A DNA stretch of 32,000 bases, from positions 3,300,001 through 3,332,000 of the forward strand of contig NZ_CP011304.1 in NCBI RefSeq assembly GCF_000981785.2, read 5' to 3'. Of the stretch, positions 24,900 through 32,000 are shown in pieces. Source of the DNA: Microcystis aeruginosa NIES-2549. GTDB lineage: Bacteria; Cyanobacteriota; Cyanobacteriia; Cyanobacteriales; Microcystaceae. The notes below the pieces were generated by a model. It was not told the DNA's origin. It saw only the letters and a list, made by a program, of their open reading frames with translations, and did no database searches. The position numbers and the translations under genes were made by a program. Each line of letters begins with the position of its first letter. The first letter of the stretch is position 1.

Positions 24900-26000
24900 T
24901 TAACAATGCACTCTAAGAGAGTCTCTTAAAGAGGGGGTATCTCCCAAAGCACGAAGAAAAATTCCTCGTGCGCCATTAATATCTCTATCCATCGTCTTGC
25001 CATCAATCTTGGATTTAATGACTTTTTTTCCACCTAAGTTATGTATTAATTCATCAGTCCAGCTAACTGTTTTCGACGTATAGGCTTCACAGCAGTCTAT
25101 TACTAATTTACCCATCTCAAAAGCCTTATGCTTGAGAAATTGCTTAAATCGGTAATGAGACCAGTTAAGCATCTGTCTAACAGATTTTGAGCGAATCTTC
25201 CTGCTATTTTTTAGAACCATTTCTGACACTTCAAAAGTAGGCAAAAGAATCACATCAAAGTTATCAACTAGGAATCTAGCAACTTGATGATGAAGTTCAT
25301 CTACTAAATTCCTGATTTTATTTCTTAGTCGATTAGCGGCTTTTCGATAACGGTTTCTGGTTTTAGCATTAACTTTGGTAGAACGAGAAATTAAATCATC
25401 AAGGTGATAGCATAATCGTTGGATTTTACCTATATCCTGACTCCCGATTGAGCCAAAACTATTAGGCGAGAATAGTGCCAGAAAATCTCTAACACCGGGG
25501 TCTAGGGCGACAATGCGTCCTTGGTTATCGGATTCGCATCGTTGCACCTCATGGGGAATAGCTAAATAGTATTGTCCATTTCTGGATACTAATCGGCTAT
25601 CCCCAAAATTGTCGGGCAGTGATTCGGTGAAGCGTATTTGCCCTAATTTTGTGTGATATATTCCTTTTTCTGAAATGGCTGACTTAGGAATATAACATGA
25701 TTGCTGTTTATCTTTACGGGAACGGAATTTTATTTTCTGGATTTCCCCAGTTTTTTGATATTTTCTTTGAGCATTTTTAACGGCTTCACAAGCGTCTTTG
25801 ACTGCTATTGATTTAATCTGGTAGGGGACTTCTTTAGCCCATTCTGGTAAATCATTAATGATTCCGGTCTTGATAGCCTTCCAATTAGCTTTTCTATCTG
25901 GTTCCTGTAGATATTTAATGGTTTGGTTGAAGACAAACCGAGATACTCCCCACCAGTGTTTCATCAGTTTCTTCTGTTCTGTTGTTGGATAAATCCGCAC
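24900..26000 (-). CDS. tnpB: TnpB (RuvC-like RNA-guided nuclease family, IS607-associated); canonical-length form from GTG 26000, while the open frame extends to 26525
   Basis: (V)RIYPTTEQKKLMKHWWGVSRFVFNQ is a typical TnpB N-terminus. RuvC-I IVALDPGVRDF, RuvC-II LLPTFEVSEM, RuvC-III MDRDINGARGIF. The GTG start gives 366 aa, whereas the track ORF is 541 aa. Confidence 0.85.
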   Translation of the reverse strand: MRIYPTTEQKKLMKHWWGVSRFVFNQTIKYLQEPDRKANWKAIKTGIINDLPEWAKEVPYQIKSIAVKDACEAVKNAQRKYQKTGEIQKIKFRSRKDKQQSCYIPKSAISEKGIYHTKLGQIRFTESLPDNFGDSRLVSRNGQYYLAIPHEVQRCESDNQGRIVALDPGVRDFLALFSPNSFGSIGSQDIGKIQRLCYHLDDLISRSTKVNAKTRNRYRKAANRLRNKIRNLVDELHHQVARFLVDNFDVILLPTFEVSEMVLKNSRKIRSKSVRQMLNWSHYRFKQFLKHKAFEMGKLVIDCCEAYTSKTVSWTDELIHNLGGKKVIKSKIDGKTMDRDINGARGIFLRALGDTPSLRDSLRVHC

Positions 26001-26544
26001 TTTCTTTGATTTTTTGAGCGTACTTCCTGAGTCCGGACATTCGGCAAGAGAAGATGTGAAGTATTTATAACAAGTCTGCTGTAAGTTCTGATTCGGGACT
26101 GTGAACAGTTTGGTCGAGAACCAAGATTTTGCCACCGTTTTGTTCGACCATGTACTGTATAAGCTCGAATCTAAATCGGCATAATCTGTCCAGTGTGGAC
26201 ATAACAATTGTGAGTTTATTTCCCCACAATAATCTGTCCAGTATGGCTCTAAGTCCTTTTCTTGGGAATTTAAGCCCACTACCGATGTTTTGGATGATTT
26301 CTGCCTCTGGATAGAATCCGCGCATAAAGCTGACTTGTCTCTCAAGGTCATCTCGTTGCTTGATTGAACTGACTCGGCAGTAGCAAACAAGGGAAGTTCT
26401 AGCTGCACCATTGACGTAAGACTGGACATCGTACAATCGTTGCCCTGCTTCGTTTTTGATACTTTTGATTTTCCCTTCATCGGCATATTCTCTGAATGTA
26501 TTGGGATGTAATCCCCATAGCTCAACGGCTTTTCTTAGGGTCAC
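25915..26544 (-). pseudogene. tnpA: IS607-type serine recombinase TnpA with an in-frame TAA at 26067..26065
   Basis: From GTG 26544: TLRKAVELWGLHPNTFREYADEGKIKSIKNEAGQRLYD (MerR-like HTH), then VCYCRVSSIKQRDDLERQ (catalytic Ser motif) and TLDRLCRF. It stops after ...TADLL. The same frame continues ILHIFSCRMSGLRKYAQKIKESADL... to TAA 25917..25915, which looks like the missing conserved C-terminal helix. Confidence 0.75.
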
Positions 26545-26771
26545 AAACGTTCGCCTAAATAGTGGCGTATGTAGGTCAATGTGAGCCAATCAGTAACTAG
26601 CTGTCAACCTTACCTATTCCCAGTGTCGGACAATTGGCCCGATTTTTTGTAGTCTAGGAGACATTTTAAGGGAAATTTTAGGAAGTTAGCCGTTTGGCAG
26701 ACAGCGATCGCCAATTGATCCCCACCGGTGGAGAAACCTGACAAGAGCGAGAATTAGCCCTGAAAACTGTG

Positions 26772-26800
26772 TTACATTTTTTAAAGGTCACACCTTAAAT
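26772..26800 (+). promoter_or_regulatory. candidate sigma70-type promoter for petBD (TTACAT-17 nt-TTAAAT)
   Basis: -35-like TTACAT (26772..26777) and -10-like TTAAAT (26795..26800) with 17-nt spacing. The -10 element ends 26 nt upstream of the petB ATG. Confidence 0.35.
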
Positions 26801-26826
26801 CTTTCATTTTTCTTACTGGTTACGCG

Positions 26827-27495
26827 ATGTTTACCAAACAAGTAACGGATTCCAAAGCCTATCAATGGTTTGAGGAACGCTTAGAAATTCAAGGGATCGC
26901 TGATGATATCAGCACCAAATACGTTCCCCCCCACGTTAATATCTTCTACTGTCTGGGTGGTATCACCCTTGTGTGCTTCGTGATCCAGTTTGCCACTGGT
27001 TTCGCCATGACCTTCTACTACAAACCCACTGTAGCAGAGGCCCTCTCCTCCGTACAGTACATCATGAACGAAGTCAACTTTGGTTGGTTAATTCGTTCTA
27101 TCCATCGCTGGTCTGCCAGTATGATGGTCTTAATGATGATCCTGCACGTTTTCCGCGTCTATCTGACTGGTGGCTTCAAAAAACCTCGCGAATTAACCTG
27201 GGTAACTGGGGTTGTCCTGGCCGTGATCACCGTTAGCTTCGGTGTCACCGGTTACTCCTTACCCTGGGATCAGGTGGGTTACTGGGCGGTTAAAATTGTT
27301 TCCGGTGTACCTGCTGCTATTCCCGTCGTCGGTGATCAACTCGTCACCCTGATGCGCGGTAGCGAAAGCGTCGGTCAAGCAACTTTAACCCGTTTCTACA
27401 GCTTACATACTTTTGTACTGCCCTGGTCGATCGCGGTCTTCATGTTGCTACATTTCTTGATGATCCGTAAACAAGGCATTTCTGGGCCTCTATAA
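26827..27495 (+). CDS. petB: cytochrome b6
   Basis: 222 aa, near-identical in pattern to cyanobacterial PetB ([69 protein letters not shown]). Confidence 0.97.
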   Translation: MFTKQVTDSKAYQWFEERLEIQGIADDISTKYVPPHVNIFYCLGGITLVCFVIQFATGFAMTFYYKPTVAEALSSVQYIMNEVNFGWLIRSIHRWSASMMVLMMILHVFRVYLTGGFKKPRELTWVTGVVLAVITVSFGVTGYSLPWDQVGYWAVKIVSGVPAAIPVVGDQLVTLMRGSESVGQATLTRFYSLHTFVLPWSIAVFMLLHFLMIRKQGISGPL

Positions 27496-27546
27496 TTCAG
27501 AAAAATATCTCTGTCGATCCGAAATCATTTTTAGGAGACATTATCC

Positions 27547-28029
27547 ATGTCCACATTAAAAAAGCCCGATCTCAGCGATCCCGCTCTGCGTGCTAAGTTG
27601 GCTAAAGGTATGGGTCACAACTACTACGGTGAACCCGCTTGGCCCAACGATCTACTCTATGTCTTCCCGGTGGTTATCTTTGGTACGATCGGACTCTGCA
27701 CCGGTTTAGCGATTATGGATCCCACCATGATCGGTGAACCTGCCGATCCTTTCGCTACTCCCTTAGAAATTCTGCCAGAGTGGTATCTTTATCCCGTTTT
27801 CCAAATTCTCCGTATTCTTCCTAACAAACTCTTAGGTATCGCCTGCATGGCCGGCGTTCCCCTAGGCTTGATGTTAGTTCCCTTTATTGAAAGCGTCAAT
27901 AAATTCCAAAATCCTTTCCGTCGTCCCGTCGCTACCGCTATCTTCCTATTTGGTACTGTGGTCACGATTTGGTTAGGTATTGGTGCCACTTTCCCCATCG
28001 ATACATCTTTAACTCTCGGTTTGTTCTAA
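27547..28029 (+). CDS. petD: cytochrome b6-f complex subunit IV
   Basis: 160 aa. [23 protein letters not shown]...[13 protein letters not shown] is typical PetD, and it lies directly downstream of petB. Confidence 0.97.
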   Translation: MSTLKKPDLSDPALRAKLAKGMGHNYYGEPAWPNDLLYVFPVVIFGTIGLCTGLAIMDPTMIGEPADPFATPLEILPEWYLYPVFQILRILPNKLLGIACMAGVPLGLMLVPFIESVNKFQNPFRRPVATAIFLFGTVVTIWLGIGATFPIDTSLTLGLF

Positions 28030-28116
28030 TTTACTGAACACCACGGGTTTTTTGCCCACGCTTGTGATTCCTGACTTTGGAAGAGCGATCGTGGGCAATT
28101 TTAATTTTGATTTCTC

Positions 28117-28926
28117 CTATCGGGTAATTTGTTGTACCAAAGCGATGACATCGCTGCGGCTGAGTTTTTCCTTACCTAATGCTAGGACTTCGAGAGTGCC
28201 ATGGGCTAAAGCGAGGGGAATCTTACAAAAATCAAGGGCTGGCCCTTTGGGCAGCGATTGAGTGTAATAATCGGCTAATTTCAGATTACGACGGGCATAA
28301 TTATGAATATCACTAATTGTCCAACCCTGGGGCAGAAAACTTACCCCCCGGCGCAGATCCTCGCCATGGTTGCGGGCAATATTAACCGCTTGTAAACCCC
28401 GACCAAAACCGATGGCATAACTGCGATTAGTTTGAGTGCCATCGTACCAATTCCAGAGGTCGGACAGCAATAAACCCACGGCACCAGCCACACTAAAGGT
28501 ATATTGATCTAATTCCACTTCTGTGCGAATATCCCAGTTATTTCCGGCCCAGTAGGCCATGCGATCGGCCATAGCCGCCGTGGCATCCCAGACCCGGGGG
28601 GCGATCGAATCCGGTGCTAACATTGCCCATTCGCCAATTCTCAGGGTTACTTCCGGCAAAATCTCCCGATGGACTAAGCCAAAAGTAAAATCCTCTTTGG
28701 TAGAATTTTCGGTACCTGCTTGTAAATTCAGGCTAATTTGTCTTAATATCTGAGATTTACTGAAGTTATCTAGGTCGGGATGGTCTTCTACTTCATCGAT
28801 CGCCCTCATACAGAGATAAGCTGAGGCTACTGCCTCGAGCAGACGATCGGGTAAACGACTTATGGGAATATAAAAAGTTCGACTCGTTTCTTGCAGAATC
28901 GTTAAAGCATTATCGCGCAAATTCAT
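28117..28926 (-). CDS. squalene/phytoene synthase family protein (short form)
   Basis: 269 aa. SRTFYIPI...YLCMRAIDEVED (first Asp-rich motif) and a second-half ARNHGEDLRRG-type motif, consistent with the trans-isoprenyl diphosphate synthase head-to-head fold. Confidence 0.75.
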   Translation of the reverse strand: MNLRDNALTILQETSRTFYIPISRLPDRLLEAVASAYLCMRAIDEVEDHPDLDNFSKSQILRQISLNLQAGTENSTKEDFTFGLVHREILPEVTLRIGEWAMLAPDSIAPRVWDATAAMADRMAYWAGNNWDIRTEVELDQYTFSVAGAVGLLLSDLWNWYDGTQTNRSYAIGFGRGLQAVNIARNHGEDLRRGVSFLPQGWTISDIHNYARRNLKLADYYTQSLPKGPALDFCKIPLALAHGTLEVLALGKEKLSRSDVIALVQQITR

Positions 28927-29195
28927 TCAGTCCTCTCCTCACGCCAACTTAGGTAACTACGAGTTAAACCAATCAGACAGATCGGTTTAGGTTATGCCGA
29001 TGTTCCTAAGACCAAGTTGCTGTCCATTGTAGTATGATTATTCAAAATTTCGAGATTATTCCCGAAAAAATCAACCATGAGGGTATTCTTGACAATTTTT
29101 CTTTCTGGGATAGCTGAGGGACAATTACGGTAATTTTTCGAGATTACGGGCTTAAAAAGTGGTTTTTGCCCGTTTTTAAGCAGTATTTTTCGGCT

Positions 29196-29420
29196 TCATG
29201 GCAGGGATTGAAAGGAGGTCACTTGTAAAACTGGCCCGATCATGGCCAGGGTCATCACATCTGAGCGAATTTGACCTATAACTGTCACTTTTGCCTTTGT
29301 TTGGGTTAATTCGGCGGGTGCTTCCATTAATTCGTAGGTTTGACCGTTATCGGCAATTAATGCCCAAGTTCCCGTGCCTATTTCGATTCTTTTCACCTGA
29401 CCAGTTACACTAATGCTCAT
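29196..29420 (-). CDS. small conserved hypothetical protein (74 aa, beta-rich)
   Basis: ORF with coding-like composition (MSISVTGQVKRIEIGTGTWALIADNGQTYELMEAP...). I am not certain of any motif. Confidence 0.5.
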   Translation of the reverse strand: MSISVTGQVKRIEIGTGTWALIADNGQTYELMEAPAELTQTKAKVTVIGQIRSDVMTLAMIGPVLQVTSFQSLP

Positions 29421-29804
29421 GCTTTAATTTCCCTCATCGAGGCGATCGCAATTTCTGCTGCTGTTACAAGCATTCTATCGATATCTTTCCTCGGCATTGA
29501 TTGCCAATTTTGCCAGACTTTAACCCCATAAATCAGTTTTTTTTATCTAAAAAGCGATCACAACTTCCGCCACCACCGCTAAGAGGGATGCCACAGCTGC
29601 TAGAATTATTATTTCTCGATCGGATTGTCTCATAACTATCTGAGTATAAATTACTAATCCTAGTCTATACCACATCTAACCTAGAGTTAAATTGATCTAA
29701 ATTATTTTATTCATAGATAAAAAGCTATAAAAGTTATCGGCAAGAAGGGCGAAATCTTTGTCTAAATTGCCCTGTATTATTTGTTCAGCAAACCCTAATT
29801 AAGC

Positions 29805-31445
29805 CTAACTGTTAATAGCGTAATGATAGGCAATACCATTAGATTCCATCGGTATAAACCACTGGGAGATATTTTCTAGTTTTTGACGGATTTGATCGAG
29901 ATGATCCTGCACGGGTTGCAGGAAAGTTTCGTACTGTTGTATCTGAGTTTTTAAACGCACTAATGCCAGATTAGCATCGTGCCATTGTCGCTCCTGTTCT
30001 TCAAATTCACGAGTTTTTTGCTCTAAATCCGACCATTGCTCGTCAATAGTATCTCTGGTTTTTTGTAAATCCTCTTGTAGTCGCTTGATTTCTGCTGCTA
30101 AACTTTGACTTTCTTGGAGATTATTTTGATAACTATCCCCCAGGAGAATTAACACTGGTTCAAAGCTACATTTTTGGTCATCTTCTGGGGATAAAATTCC
30201 CTGTCTCTGGTGCAGAATTTTCAGATGTTGAGAGCGCATAGCTTGCCTTTCTCGAAGATTACGTCTTTGTCCGATCAAAGTTTCCTCCAGCATTCCTTTT
30301 CTCTCCTGTTCCTCGGCTAATTCTTCTTCTAAATTAGCTCGCTCAAATTCATCTATTGTAGCCATTCTTGCTTCTAATTCTTCCACGGTTTGGCATTGGA
30401 GAGTTAATTCTTCCTCTTGGTCGTTGACAAAAATTTCCCAGCGCTTGAGGTCTGTTTGTAAATTGTTAACTAAGCTCTCCAATTCTTCTAAAGGCATTTG
30501 TTCAAGAGCTTCTAGATCGATTTTGCCATCAAAACCTAGTTCTTCCCCTCCGAGGAGACGAAGAAGCATTTGTCGAGTAGAATGAGTGGTTTGTAGGGTG
30601 AGTTTAAGGCGCTCGAATAATTCCTGTTTTTGACTCAGAACAGTTTCTTGTATTTGTAGTTGTATTTTCGTTGTTTCCAAAGCACTGCGACTTATCTGTA
30701 ATTCCCTGGCTCTTTGTTCGAGATGATTGAGCATTTGTTCGTTGGCGACCTGACGATTTTCTACAGCTTTTTTCTGCTCCTCTAAACTCTGCCAACAACT
30801 ATTTAAAATTGTCTGTTGTCCCTGCACAGATTCAAGAGTTGAATAGAGAATTTGTGAGGGAGAATTGCCCAGATTGTGATTATTAGCTAAACTCTCCGCT
30901 AGAGAGCGAATAAATTGTTGTTGTTCTGGGGAAAGATTGGGGGAGGAGTTGAAATTTATTTGTTCTTCTTCCAGGTGTCGCTGTTGCTCTGTTAATTGTT
31001 GTTTTAGGTTTTCCAGTTCTTGTCTTTTGCGCTCTAAATCATCGAATTCTGCTTCTATTCGCTCAATTTGCTCAATTCTTGCCTCCATTTCCATTTTCTG
31101 GCGGTTGAGAATCTCGCTTTGATAGGTGAGGGATTTTTTCCACTGATCGATTTTCTCTTGATCTTCCTTATTGCGCTCCATCAAACGGGAAATCTTTTGC
31201 AGTTGCCGCACCATCTCCGCTCCCGCTAATTCTGGGTTTCCTTGCAGTTGACGATTATCGCTCAAATTCACCAAGAGAAGCGCACCTTCACTTATGGGGT
31301 TAGTTTCGTCGTAGGTTAAGATATCGTTCCCCGCTATGGCACTCCACGTCTGATCTTTATGCTGACAGGCCAATAGTTTCAATTCGGTTTTGTAACCGCC
31401 GATAAAACCTTTAGTCTGTTTTTTTACTTCTGCAAGGTATAGCAC
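29805..31445 (-). CDS. hmpF: long coiled-coil protein, HmpF-like (type IV pilus motility/taxis-associated)
   Basis: 546 aa. The N-terminus MLYLAEVKKQTKGFIGGYKTELKLLACQ matches the conserved MLYLAEV... start of cyanobacterial HmpF as I recall it. The rest is E/Q/L/R-rich with heptad character. Confidence 0.65.
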   Translation of the reverse strand: MLYLAEVKKQTKGFIGGYKTELKLLACQHKDQTWSAIAGNDILTYDETNPISEGALLLVNLSDNRQLQGNPELAGAEMVRQLQKISRLMERNKEDQEKIDQWKKSLTYQSEILNRQKMEMEARIEQIERIEAEFDDLERKRQELENLKQQLTEQQRHLEEEQINFNSSPNLSPEQQQFIRSLAESLANNHNLGNSPSQILYSTLESVQGQQTILNSCWQSLEEQKKAVENRQVANEQMLNHLEQRARELQISRSALETTKIQLQIQETVLSQKQELFERLKLTLQTTHSTRQMLLRLLGGEELGFDGKIDLEALEQMPLEELESLVNNLQTDLKRWEIFVNDQEEELTLQCQTVEELEARMATIDEFERANLEEELAEEQERKGMLEETLIGQRRNLRERQAMRSQHLKILHQRQGILSPEDDQKCSFEPVLILLGDSYQNNLQESQSLAAEIKRLQEDLQKTRDTIDEQWSDLEQKTREFEEQERQWHDANLALVRLKTQIQQYETFLQPVQDHLDQIRQKLENISQWFIPMESNGIAYHYAINS

Positions 31446-31955
31446 GAGTAGTCTTCCTCTGTGATGAAAGTTTTTGTAATCGGTTTTAGAGAGAGTTGGC
31501 GATCGAGGCTAGGAGCGGCCTGTCTATAGTTTCATTGTACCCATCGGCTGCCAAAAAATTTTTAGTTTCTATCATTCGAGTTTTTCTTTTTGAGACATAC
31601 ATTTGTTCTCAATTTTTACTCTTACCCACTGGAAAATTTTAAATTTTTGCAGATTTTTCAGCACCAATTTACTGACCTAGTCTCAAAAAATTCGGCAGTC
31701 AATCTCATAAATCGGCTCAGGTTTTCTCACCCCTTTTACCTCTGGCTGCAGTTTGAATAAGCTGACCACACATCTAAATGATTGGTTAAGACGGCGTGAG
31801 AGCGAGAGGCAAGGATAGAAAGCTAGACCTTTTGTACTGAAAATTTCCCAGCCTAGTTTAAATGCAGCAAAGCTTACTGAAAAATATCTCACATAATTAG
31901 CTTATCAGATTTATTATTAGTGACAAGAGGAAGGAAGACAGCGTTTCTCCTCAAG

Positions 31956-32000
31956 ATGAAGTATGACGAGATTTGGCATCATCCCCAGACGACCAGCTAT
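31956..32000 (+). CDS. possible 5' end of a gene running off the window (MKYDEIWHHPQTTSY...)
   Basis: Only 15 codons are visible after an ATG, so there is no further support. Confidence 0.15.
   Translation, partial: MKYDEIWHHPQTTSY

Larger units (their letters stand above)
24860..26650 (-). mobile_element. IS607-family insertion sequence (serine-recombinase tnpA plus tnpB); ends approximate
   Basis: tnpA (MerR-HTH plus serine recombinase) lies immediately upstream of and overlapping tnpB on the same strand. The element sits in the divergent intergenic region between petB and the ATP-grasp operon. The family lacks clear terminal inverted repeats, so the boundaries are inferred only from flanking gene starts. 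Confidence 0.75.

Noticed and set aside
24893-26570. Short ACATAC/GTATGT inverted match near the two presumed IS ends, as possible terminal inverted repeats
   Set aside because: It is only 6 nt long and so is expected by chance. IS607-family elements generally lack terminal inverted repeats. It was not used to set the boundaries.
26973-27236. 87-aa ORF in an alternate frame of petB, plus the 27789..27998 ORF antisense to petD
   Set aside because: They are nested in near-invariant photosynthetic genes and are shadow ORFs.
28052-28261. 69-aa plus-strand ORF downstream of petD
   Set aside because: It mostly overlaps the 3' end of the squalene/phytoene-synthase-family gene on the opposite strand, and no motif supports it.
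29035-29118. 27-codon plus-strand ORF (MIIQNFEIIPEKINHEGILDNFSFWDS)
   Set aside because: It is very short, has no RBS and no hydrophobic or other recognisable character, and sits in a promoter or terminator spacer between two minus-strand genes.
31683-31892. 69-aa minus-strand ORF upstream of hmpF
   Set aside because: It is an isolated ORF with Cys/Phe/Ser-rich, non-protein-like composition in an AT-rich promoter region, and nothing supports it.

Overview
This is a cyanobacterial chromosomal window, and it looks Microcystis-like. The evidence is petB-petD, a one-piece tmRNA, several HIP1 GCGATCGC sites, and many heptamer arrays (CAGTTAT, CCTACAC, GGAGACA, CATAATT) in the intergenic regions. 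Most of the window is housekeeping: thrC (partial), rsmD, a UDG-superfamily gene, era, an HtrA-type protease, ilvA, rsmH, an aminotransferase, ssrA (tmRNA, absent from the ORF track), tldD-DUF456-pmbA, petBD, a squalene/phytoene-synthase-family gene and an HmpF-like coiled-coil protein. The less ordinary content is: (1) an IS607-type element (24.9-26.6 kb) whose serine-recombinase tnpA carries an in-frame TAA while tnpB stays open. tnpB also lacks its zinc-finger cysteines and has an unusually long open 5' extension across tnpA. The element abuts (2) a circularly-permuted ATP-grasp / alpha-E / transglutaminase operon of uncharacterised function. (3) A Ser/Thr kinase carries an N-terminal zinc ribbon and two tandem GUN4 (porphyrin-binding) domains. 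(4) Another protein combines a glycine-zipper region, a coiled coil, 7 WD40 repeats and a C-terminal J-domain. (5) A G6-tract hairpin tandem array lies between convergent genes. (6) The FHA-domain ORF's longest form overlaps the tmRNA 3' end, and it is translationally coupled to an aminotransferase. (7) A degraded antitoxin-like ORF is present, along with several dispersed or inverted repeat families. I saw no CRISPR array, rRNA or canonical tRNA. All coordinates and translations outside the ORF track were worked out by hand and should be re-verified by computation.
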